Of a stretch of 64,000 bases of DNA, positions 27,801-39,800 are shown one piece after another. A program made the position numbers and the translations under genes. Source of the DNA: Phoronis australis (lineage: Eukaryota > Animalia > Phoronida); NCBI GenBank assembly GCA_002633005.1, contig NMRA01000681.1, forward strand, positions 62,001-126,000. Reading direction: 5' to 3'. The notes beneath the pieces are model-generated. The model worked only from the letters and a program-made list of their open reading frames with translations. It ran no database searches and was not told the origin of the DNA. How positions within the stretch are numbered: position 1 is the stretch's first letter; each line of letters opens with the position of its first letter.

Positions 27801-30800
27801 GTCCCGGTACGCAGCAACCCGTGTTGTAAACAAACGCAAAGAACAACTGAACTTATCACAGCTGAGGTAAAACAGTGACTCAACAGCAGGAAGATTCTTA
27901 ACCCCCTGAACGTCACTTCCGGAGTAAGGCATGACTAATTAATAAAATTACAGGAAGCTTTCATTAACTGAAAAATATGTCTGGGTATAATCAACGAACC
28001 ATATTTTTTACTAAAGATGACATGGCAAAACGTTGCATTCTTCTTTAATGTTGGGAAGTCAGTGGGGTGTTCTAAATTGGCAAGTGATCCTGGTAGAAGA
28101 CTGACAGCATTCATCCTAGATATAAAGTCATTCAGGGAGTTACACAAACCTTATATCATACCAAAAGTTTTTTTCTTCATACAGCCTCTGTGCACTTGCA
28201 TGTTGTTGTTGTGCTAGTGCCTCCCCCTATGGCCTAAAAGCTGTGGCAGCCTCAAATACATTACATGGAAGCCATATTTTAACCCACCCTGTAGTCAGTG
28301 TAGATACCTTACAACTACCTGATTATCTCCTAGACAGTATTTATATTCTGTTCTGAACTTCTTGTTCGTGTGTATCAGTGACTGTTGACGCAGTTTTACG
28401 TCAGTCACCACTTATCGCATTATTAATTTCTAATTTAAAGAAACTGTCTGCAGTATTGTTTGATACTACGGGCCCTTACATCTTCTCGAGCAAACTCAGA
28501 CAAAGTGTTCTTCTCTGACGTCAGGAACGAAAAGAACGTCAAAGCATATTTCCTTGTAAAATCAGTGCTGTTTAGCAATTACTGGTGCCAGGGCTAATTG
28601 TGATCATTCTTGAAGCTATAGGCCAGCATGATGGACATCCACTCTTGGAGTTGATTATTTACTTGGACCTTTATCGTGGAAGACCTTAGGCAGTATCAGA
28701 GAATTTTCTTCTCAAATCAATACAAGCGCAGCCGGTGTATTATTGGCATTGATCAATTTTGTATCCATGCCCAAAGATTTGTCTCCAGTTTATGCCAATT
28801 TTAAAACTTTGTGATTCGTTTATGCTGTTGGGCAAATGTTTTGAACAATGACAGACCTCTGGTTTTCTGAGCTCTGATTGTTGGTGAAGTTTTCTACAGT
28901 GGTTGCTCACCATAGAATAATGCAACAGTGCAAGGCTTTGTGTGTTTGGATGGGGCTTTGTGAACTTGAGGTGAGTTTGTTTACTAAGGGTGACTGACCT
29001 AAATGAGCTAAGTCACTGTTACAGGCAGGACAGATGTCATTATGGTAAGTCTGTGTGGTACTCATGAAACATTTCAACAATTTGTTCTGTGCTTTAATCA
29101 GTAGCTCACTGTTCTTGTTGCTTTGAGTATAAATAAGTATGTATGTATGAATGTGTGTGTGTGTGTGTTGTGCGTGTGTGTATAAATGTGTGCATGTATG
29201 TATGTATGTATGAATGTATGTATGAGTGTGTGTGTGTGTGTGTGCGTGTGCATGTATGTGTGTGTGTGTGTGTGTGCGTGTGTGTGTGCATGTATATGTA
29301 TATGTCGCAACCTGTTTTGCTAGTGTAATTTAGTACACTGTGCCCTCAGAGTAACACTTGCTTGAACTGCTCAACACTGTTAGAATTCTGAGCAACCCAG
29401 CAATTGTAGACTTTTGTTACAGAAGTCCATGGCTGCACAACCAAAGATGTTATTTGATTTTTTTAGTTTATTCAGGCAGAATAACTGGTTCCGTCTACAT
29501 AGATAGTATTGTCATTTGGTGTTAAATATGTACCCATCATTTTTTTATTGCAAATGTAACAGCTAGTAATCAATGATCCGTTTAGAAGAATGGTCAGTCT
29601 GATAGAAGTATATTGTGCCTGCTTTTGAAAGGTTTATAGAAATTTACAAAAGAGCTGAACTGTGTTCTGGCGATTCCCCGTTGCTGCACTGACTAATGTG
29701 TTACCTTGAGCAAACTTTTTAAATTTAAAATACCTAATTGAGGAAGGAAGTAGATGTATAGTTTCAGTAAGATGTCTTTGCCAACGAAGTACGCAGTATT
29801 TATATTATTTGAGAAATTTTATCCAAGGAGTTAACAATAATCAACCCATAGGTTTCACATATCGCAGCAATTAACTTACAGTGTAATCTGCAGGATACCT
29901 GATGTTAAGTGATGGACCTATTCACTTTCACAGATATGTTCCCGAGTGAGTATTTTACACATTTGACACGCTCTTGAGCATGTCAAATGTGTAAAAAGCG
30001 TGCAATATGTGTCAAAATTGCCACGCTAACGTGTAAAACGTGTAAAAACATGACACTCTAGCGTGTCAAACGTAAAATTTTAAACGCTAGCGTGTCAAAT
30101 GTGTAAAATTTGCCACGCTAGCGTGTTTTTCAAAAGGTGATCACCAACCTTGAATTCTTCTACCGCTGGGGTCACAGTTCTATTGGAGTGCTGAAGACCA
30201 ACTGAGGTTGAGATAATACGAGAGGTGTGGCAGTCTGATGTAACTGGACTAACTGCTATGAGAAAAGTCCAAGAACTACAAGACTAGTTTGCTTAGTCCA
30301 CGGTAGAGTTCAGTGACGCTAGGACCTCACTAAAAACCAAGTCTTGGCGAGATTTAACTTGATATGTTCCCATGTATTTTACATGAGAACATGTGATTTT
30401 GATTAGATTTTAGGGAGGTCCTAGTGTAGGCCCTAGCGTTACTGACCTCTACCCAGTTTTAAGAACAATATGTTTCTTTAGGCCAAAGTCCCCAGTCTAC
30501 GTTGATTTAATTCTGTGATACTTATGTATATTTTGTTTTAAACTGAAGGAAAACAATTCATTTTGTAGTTAAGTGAATTTTTTGTTTTTTAAAAGCTGCA
30601 TGAATGGAGTTTCTGTTATTTTTACCTGCTGTGTCAAATTTGCTATTTGTTTCCATTGATTGATTGCCTTATTACATAATCTGGAAAGTTAATTGGTGTT
30701 TATGCAAAATTTTAAGAAAAAAAATTTGTTGGGTGACAAGACCTGACTTTAGATACTTAGAATAAACACTGTCCCACAAACATTTTTAATATCTGGCACT

Positions 30801-33800
30801 AAAACTTGTACAAAATATAAGTTTAATATGAAGTGTGAAAGAGCAGTTGATTTTCACCTTGGCTTTCTGGTGAAGGTAACTGAGATGCTGATATTTTCAG
30901 TTTGTCCGGATAGTATTCAATCTATGTAGCTGTTTACATGCATATCCAGTTTGAGTCAAATCGATTGAAAACAAGGTGTTTTTGGCTTTGAAACACTCAT
31001 GTCATCTTATTGCTTGTGAAACCTAACATATGTGCTAGTTATAACCTCTCATGTCCTGAGAAGCATGTTAAATTAGCATTGTAATTGATTGCTTGCTGTG
31101 AACCTGTTTGTTATTGGGCTTCTTGGATAAATAAGTTAACTCATATTTCCTCTGTAAGCTGGAGAAGCCACCCAAAACAAACAACTAACTAATGAAAAAT
31201 GCTGAGAGGTTTCAGTTTGGGCTCATATGTTGTATACATTCCTGATGATAATGAAACAGACACAGTTGATCTGCTTAGGGGATATTTTCCCACTATGACT
31301 TTATATATTGCTATCTTTCTCATAACTTAAAACTTAAATTTTCTGGAAATATTTATGCCTTTAGCCCTTGAGTTTTCAGTGAACTTCAACTGTTATTTCA
31401 TTGTCAATTGTATAAAAGGCAACTTTAACATTTACTTCTTCTTGCTTTTCCAATAACACACATAAATGAGGAAATTTGCACATTTCATATTAAAGGTATT
31501 AAAATGCACTTTTGTAAAATGTTCAAATCTTTAAGAATTATTTCTATGCAGTGTCAGTTGTTTTTATCCGTTTGATTTGTTTTCCTAAAAAATTTTTGAC
31601 AAACAGAAATGTTTAGTGTAGAAAAGAAGTTTTCATTTTCTGGTGGTCATATTGATTTCACATCCTTCAATGAATGAGCACTCTTGTACAATATCAAAAC
31701 ATTAAGTTAAAATACTTAAAATAACCAATTTTACATCACAAACACCCAAAACAACCTCAGCAGTCAATCAATTGTCAAATTGGAACACCCCCAATCACTA
31801 TCTCATGAAGATGAAGCTGATCTTGAGTTACGAGCATTTATTGGTCAATAGTACTGCATAGAATTGGGACAACCAGTCACAGCACTATAGTGACCCTCCG
31901 TAGAGTTGGAAAGTCGTCAGATATAGCTGCTCATTTTCCCATCGCTTATGGTGTAATAAAAAATGGCGAGGCGTTGGTGGTGACAATTCAGTATTTGACC
32001 ACGCTATAGATCATTTTACCTTCCCATGTTATATCAAAGAAACTGGATAGGGCACAAGTTTGTACAAGAAACTTTGGTGTTGGTGGGTGCGTTCAAAGGT
32101 CACACTAATGTCCGTGGAGCTAAGAACTTTCAATTAAAGTCGTTTTTCTTGTTTTCTCATTTTTATGACATTGAATTTGTGATTGTGATATGTAGTGCAA
32201 TAAATGAACATTTAATGATGCTGATTATGTAGCCACTTGTCAAAACAAGGTTACTGGTGGTTTTAGCACTTTAAGCCCCTCTTTCAGTTAAGTTTTGTAA
32301 CTTAACGGTATACTGTTATACACATCTGGTTTTTGCTAAGAAATAAGGACCTGATTGTATGTTATAACAGCCCAGGACCAACCCAGGATTTGCCTAAATG
32401 TTGTCGTATTTATCAGTTTTCGTGCCCACGTAACAAATGTTTTCGTTCCCACACTGATACCCTTTCAAGGTACCTAAACTACACGGTGTAGATGTCAGCT
32501 GACCCAGGAAGCCAAGGAGTCCGTGACCCGCCGTGTTTATGGCATGCTTTATCGGAGTGAACCGTGTTTGGCGGTCCGTTAACCGTGTTTCTTCGTGAGT
32601 GTGAGTCTGTGTCCCGTGTATTTGGGTGAATGGATCGTGTTTTGTGAGTCCGTTCCTGTGTTTGTGAGTTTGTGTGTTTGCAGGTACGTGAGTCGTGTTC
32701 ACACGTTCGTGACCGTGTTTATGAGTCCGTTAATCGTGTAGTTTAGGTACCTTGCCTTTGCTTGATGTTGGACATACATGTACCACTTGCACCTTGTCTC
32801 ATAGATTATTGTTTCACCTACAAAATGCATTCATCAAAGATCATTTTCATGGTCCTAAAATCAGTCGCTTTGAACTTGCGAATAAGACAGCATTTGCTAT
32901 TTTGATCGAGATGTATGTATGCAGATTGAAAATCCTCGAGGCCTTTACATTTAAATTTGAATCTCCATCCAATAATTGCCACGACATGGGGCTCAAATAG
33001 TTCATGGTGCTCAAATAGTTCATGGTGCTCAAATCAGCTGCGTTGAACTTGTGAATATCCAAACGCTGATCAGAGTTAACAATATCACATGGATTCATGT
33101 TGTACTATTCTTTCAATCTCATTTAATCAGATTTTAGACCAGGAAACAGTTGTATTTAACTTGTGCCCACTTTTTATTTTTATTTATTTACTGACAAAGA
33201 GCTAAAATAGTTATATAGTCAGTGCCACCGAAATTGTCCAAAGATTCCAAATCTTCAGTTCTGGTTATCACCATATTTGCACTTTTGTATATATTTTATG
33301 ATTTGAGTTCTAATAAAGATTAAACTTTAATGACACGTGAAATGTTTAGTGTACCTGTAATGTGGTAAGTTTAGGGATTGGCTCACAATGAACTTAACTA
33401 ATTAAGTTTAGCTGGCGATCAAAATTACCACTGTTTTGGTACTTCGTTTAAAACTTAGATAAAAAGTTATCAACCCTTCCCGGTAAGAAAAAAAACAAGT
33501 GGGCAGAAGCATTAAAAATTAATTAAAGAAAATCAATATGAAACTTAACGCTCTTTTGGGAAGTGGCCCTTTGTGAAGATAAACACAAGTTAACCTTTTT
33601 AGTCATTTTGTAGTATTTATAATGTACCTAGTTAAAACTACTCCCCAGAGTTGCAGGCTGTAACTCAGCAAATGTCAGAGAAAACCAACTAACAACAACC
33701 ATTGTTAAGACAGTTAATGCTAGCTATTATCTTTCCACTTCATTAGCTCAGATCTACATCAATACAACAGGGGTGCTGAATAGGCATCCTAAAGGTTGTC

Positions 33801-36800
33801 TGGGGCTAGGGGAATCTGAGCAGTGACCTGTGTAAGCCAGAAATTCTCCACATGAATACTTGGAAGTGAGATGTTGAATGCTCTGGCTGTGATGATAGCA
33901 TTCAGTGCTGAGTCTACCAACATATGCCCCCCCTCCCTGCTGTATCCACAATTTTTCAATTAACATAGGGATCACACTGTTTGGTGCATACACTGTCTCA
34001 AGAACGTGAAACCTGTTGCGTGACATCACCTATCCAATAAATCCCAGAAAGCTCATCTCGGTATGAAATCCGCCAAGCCTGGCTAAGAACAAGTGACTAC
34101 AGATCACTGTCGTTTGGTTTACTGGCACTAATTTCCTCTGAAATCAGTTACCTATGTTCATAAAAAGCTTGCATATTACACCAATTTTGAGTACTAAATG
34201 CTAAACATTTAATTATTAACTTTTTGTTACATAAATTTATATATTTTTCATCAAATTCAGGTGAAATAGCTACCAAATTCTCTAGTAGCAGACGAAATCT
34301 TTGCATGGGAACAAATGATAATATCTCCAATAGCAGAGAGCAAAGCCACTTCCTGCCCAATGTGATTCAGGGTTTGTGTACTGAATAAGCCAATAATTCC
34401 ATCAGAATTACATATTCTTCTAACAAATATTATTTTTGATGCCTCGAATATATTTTACAGAAAAATAATTGAGTGTGTGAAATTCCCTACAAAATTTTAA
34501 CCAAAAGCTTTTTCTAAAAAAACACCAAATTTTACGTTAAGTAATCTAAAATGTGATTAAAATTCCACATTTAGTACCTAAATCTTAAAAAAAACTTTGT
34601 AAAGAATCAACTCATTAAGTCTAACTGTTGATTGAACAATGTTTTTGTGTAAATGCTTCTCAGGTTACAAACTTTAGTTTGCAGAATGCACATGGGGTAA
34701 ATTGGGAGTTATTTGTGAGTTGGCGGCCATTTTGTCAGCCTTCTTGATGTTTTTCTCTCCAATCAGTGACCATCTGTAAGGTCCAAATATTTTCAGTTGT
34801 CTAACTTACAAATGCATAGAAATTTTGCCATTTTCATGACAAAATATGAAAAGAAATTTTGCTACTTGTAGGAAATTGTTGTTTCGACCGCCATTTTGTT
34901 GCCCATATTAGTTTTATTTTACGAAAAATTGGCATCTTTTGATTGGTATGCCTGTTATGAAAAGTATATAACCAATGACAAGCATTACTGTGTTATTTGG
35001 AGCTGTTGCATAAGAGCAACATGCCAAAAAGCAGTAAACACCGGTTTTGGTGGCCATTTTTTCAGCCATCTTGAAAAACCGAATTCCGCCATTCCGATTT
35101 CGGTAGACTTTTTTTGTCACCAAGGGATGTTTGAAGATGCCATTTATGCAAAAACTGTTGCAATTTTTTTAAGGTTGGGCCCTCTGGAGCCCTAGAATGA
35201 CTGGGCTATGTGATGTATGTATACAGATTGAAAATCCTCGAGGCCCTTGTTTTTAAATTTCATTGTCTATCCAATAATGGCCAAGACATGGGGTTCAACA
35301 AAATTTTGTCATGGTACAAGTAGCATTATTCCCCCACTGGAGTCTTATGTTACCTTGTTATATTGACCTTTGACCTTGTCCTGTGCATTGAGCTGCTCAC
35401 TCATACTGTGGGTGCTTTGATCTATTTTTGGAAAGGCCCTAATTTGAGTATTTTAGTTGCACCTTTGATGATCTAGGATTACTGAAGTACCATGCTTTGA
35501 TCCTGTAAATATATGGACACGTTAGGATCTTTATTTATTTCTACATATTTATCATGTCAGTGCTCAACACCTATCTTGACACGAAGTCACATTTGGCAAT
35601 TGCAGGTGCCAAACGAAATCTGAGGTTACCAAAACTGATGTCGGAATCATTGACTACTTCCTGTTGTATTTTAAGCACGTTTTTAATGTGTGCTGAATGC
35701 TGAGGTGGCAAATGCACTGATTTCACGAAATAAACAGAATAATTAAGAACCGAAAGTATTAAATCTAGGAAAACTTTATAATTTGATTGGAGTGAACAGT
35801 AACTTTGAAATAAATTTCGGGGAATTATTGTCCGACTTTGATACTCTCAGCGAGGCGACTTTGTGTTGACTTCGAATTTTTCTCAGGTTGCACTGGTGAC
35901 CTGCAAGACTCCAAATCGAGCACTGCATGTCCTTTGGACAATAGCAAACATTACATTATCCACTCATTTCACACAAAACAAATATATTTTACTGATATGT
36001 CAAATAAACTGAATATACAGACTGTATTGTTGACAGGTGTGTGAAATTAAATGAGTAACCAAGCATCACCAACTGCCTGTGTGTGAATGGTGCCTTCAGG
36101 TTGCCAATGTGATCTAATTAATAGTACCCGGAATGAGAGTACTTTTCTCCATCATTAGTAAAGTGCTCTTTTGAGCATATGACTCCGAGTGATCCAGGTC
36201 ACCGCTTTCACCTCATATTTACAACAGTATGAGATATCCCCGTATTCAAATGGATGAATTAATTGGTGAATGCAATATCCAGAGCTGTGTGTTACTAGAA
36301 TTAATAATTGGACTTTGCCTTGATATTTTCCAAAGTGCGTTAATTTGATTGAGTGCAAATTAGTTGAGGCAAGAGATTGCCAGCTGACTGAAGTGGCCAA
36401 GTAAGGGACAAAATATTATTTCCCAAATAATAGGACACACGTGAGAACCTATGGAAGGTTAGCTGTAAAGCTGGAAAAAGCAACAACTAACTGTGTCTTT
36501 AAACTTAACGAAAATATCACATAGCATAAAAAGTGCCCAGAACCATATAATACAACAGAAAATCAAGAAGGCATGAAATAAGTGTAAGTCCATCGTCAGT
36601 AATTACTGATCATATACCTAAGCTTCAACCTCACTTGATTTTTTGATGATTTAGACAAATTAAAAATTTTCATTCTCTCATAGTATGGTTGCGAAAGCTC
36701 ACATTTTTAAAAACAGGAGTGGGGTATCATATTCAGGGCATCATATCTTAAAATTTTGTTAATTATTATTTAGTGATAAAGTTTAAGCCACTGCAGAAAA

Positions 36801-39800
36801 ATAATTTTTTCAATTTTCATTAACTGAATACACTGTATATACCAGTTTTTTATTGTGTAATAACTGTTGATGCGCTGATCTTTTCAAAAATGCAACTCTT
36901 ATTTTTATAGGTTTCACAATTTTTTGAGTGATTTTTTTTTGATACCATCAGACTGCAAATTCTACAGTGGATGTTTTCCAGATGTCTTAATCAAGCCACC
37001 TGTTTTACGTGGACTTCGCCAGCTAATTACTTATTTCTCTATTTAACTTAACAAACAGTTGGAAATAAAGCATGCCATATTACTACAAAAAGTGAGTGTA
37101 AAGTGGCGTGAAAGTTGCAAAGTGTTTTTAAGAATGATTTTGGTGGCGAAAATCATAGGCCACTAATCACCAAAACCATATTCACTAAGTACCGTTACGT
37201 GGCACTGGGAAATAACGTGAAAAACATTTCTTGTGGAATTACTTTTTTATCTTATGAAAAATAATATTTCTGTGTACTCCAATGTTTTTTCCTAAACTGA
37301 TGAGTTTTTACTGCATTTCCATGTAGTAGATGGGTGCATTTTGCAAAATTGTAAACCTTCAGAGCCTTGGAGATTTTCTGATGGTGCCAGCCTATTGTTT
37401 CATGTCACAGTGCTCAGGGTGTTAAAATTGAGGAACAGAACTCCGTGTGTATTGGCTAAGCCCAAAGCATCTGAAACGAGGTATTTTAAAATGATTTTTA
37501 TGTGCCCACATATTTATATGTGGACGCATTATGCCGTCATCTCCGTCCGTCCGTCCGTCCGTCCGGGCGGCGTCCGGCGTCTGGCGTCCGGCGTCCGCTG
37601 CTCTATCTCCAAAACCCTTTGACATACGTTCATGAAATTTGGCACATATGTTCCATTCATGAATGGGACGGCATGTGCGAACTTTCGGACGGATCCGACT
37701 ACCAGTGTGCCCCCTAGTGGCAATTTTAGTTTTTTACGCTTACCTTTGTATCTTCAAAAGTTTTGAACGGATTTTCATGAAATTTGGTATGTAGGCACCT
37801 ATTAGTGAGATGACGCTATCCTGCCGTTTTCAGATGGATTCGACATAGTTTGCGCCACCTAGTGGCCATTTTTAGTGTTTTCGAGTCTGTTTTTGTGCGT
37901 CCACCCCTCTATCAACCAAACCGCTCAAAGAATGATTTTGAAAATTGGCATGTGTATGCTTACTATGTAGAGGACGGTTGACAATGATTTTCCGACGATT
38001 TCGACTACTGTGGCGCCTCCTAGTGGCAGTTTTGTTTTTTTTGCGCCTATGGCTGTATCTCCTAAACCGTTCGCAGGATCTTTACGAAATTGTGTAAGTA
38101 TATTTATATGATGTTAACAACGGAAGATGACGACTTTTGGACGGATCCGACTACCGGTGTGCCCCCTAGTGGCAATTTTAATTTTTTTACGCTTACCTTT
38201 GTATCTTCACAAGTCCTTATTGGATTTTCATGAAATTTGGTATGTAGGCACCTATTAGTGAGATGACGNNNNNNNNNNNNNNNNNNNNNNNNNNNNNNNN
38301 NNNNNNNNNNNNNNNNNNNNNNNNNNNNNNNNNNNNNNNNNNNNNNNNNNNNNNNNNNNNNNNNNNNNNNNNNNNNNNNNNNNNNNNNNNNNNNNNNNNN
38401 NNNNNNNNNNNNNNNNNNNNNNNNNNNNNNNNNNNNNNNNNNNNNNNNNNNNNNNNNNNNNNNNNNNNNNNNNNNNNNNNNNNNNNNNNNNNNNNNNNNN
38501 NNNNNNNNNNNNNNNNNNNNNNNNNNNNNNNNNNNNNNNNNNNNNNNNNNNNNNNNNNNNNNNNNNNNNNNNNNNNNNNNNNNNNNNNNNNNNNNNNNNN
38601 NNNNNNNNNNNNNNNNNNNNNNNNNNNNNNNNNNNNNNNNNNNNNNNNNNNNNNNNNNNNNNNNNNNNNNNNNNNNNNNNNNNNNNNNNNNNNNNNNNTA
38701 TTTTACATTGACCTCTGTATTTTCATAGGTCTTCAGGTGTATACTTTGTGTTACTTCGTGACTATGAAGGAAAAGTTCCAAGTAGAAATTTGTTTCTGGC
38801 ATTCTAATGCTGTGCTAATCTCGTATGTTGGTAAATTTGTTTTTATTCTATGTTTCTGTGGTGCTTTAAGCAACTGGTGTATAGGATGTGCTTGTATTAT
38901 GAAGATTACTCACATTTTGCCCCTAGCCTATTGAGGAGACAATGACCATGCCTTTCAATTTTGCTAAGTACAACATACTACATATATGCCCTCTACTGGC
39001 CACTTTGTGGTACCAATAAACAACCCTAGAAGGATACCGTATGCGGTGCAATTGTGGGCGCATTTCAACGCTCTGCGTTGCTCTTGTTATATTTGGGCGT
39101 TAAAGGAAGTGGGTGCATTTGTTGCAATAAATGAAGTAGGCAGTTGATTCCTGCTAATTTCTTCCCTAGGAGAGTTGGTTGTACTCAAGTAAATTGGATC
39201 AAGATCGGATATTTTAAATATTTAGGTATAGTTTGACTTGTTTTCTTTTTGTGGGATTGAGAGCAATTTATAGGAGTGATAGAAGTCAGAGAGAAAACTG
39301 AAGTTTTCAGCATTTTTATTTGAACATTTTTTGTTTGTAACTTTTACTTTACTCAGAGTGTCATAAATTCTTATTGCATTTGGGACTTCGTGGGGAAGCT
39401 AGACAGCACAGTGGCTTAAGGTTTTGGGGATGTTTTCGAATCGTGTGTCATTCAAACATAATAGGCCTTTTGAAATTGACGTGCAAGGTCAGTGAAAGCA
39501 GTTTTTTGTGAGCCCTGCTCTTACACTGTCCCAGTTTGACTGTGTAACTAAACATAGCATATAACAAAGGGTTTATGGGGTTATCTGAGAAAATGATTGT
39601 TTTATTACTCCCTATAGATCAAGGAATAGCCAAGCCCCCCAAATGGGGAAGGTGTTCTTTTCTTAAATTAAAACTGTGACCTGTGCACACAGCCTTTTAA
39701 CAAAAAGGAATTCTCATTACCTATTTTGTACTCAATATAGCAGGCAAATGGAAATTTATTTTGATGAATTTCTCAACAAAAATAAAGAAAATTCCATTGT

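Noticed and set aside
29098-29328. His/Thr- or Cys/Val-rich ORFs
   Set aside because: Translation of a TG/TATG microsatellite.
34355-35208. Possible Academ-like element ending in ...ctagaatgactgggcta
   Set aside because: The left end is too degenerate to establish a TIR or TSD.
38104-38934. 232-aa and 223-aa ORFs
   Set aside because: Artefacts of translating through the N gap.
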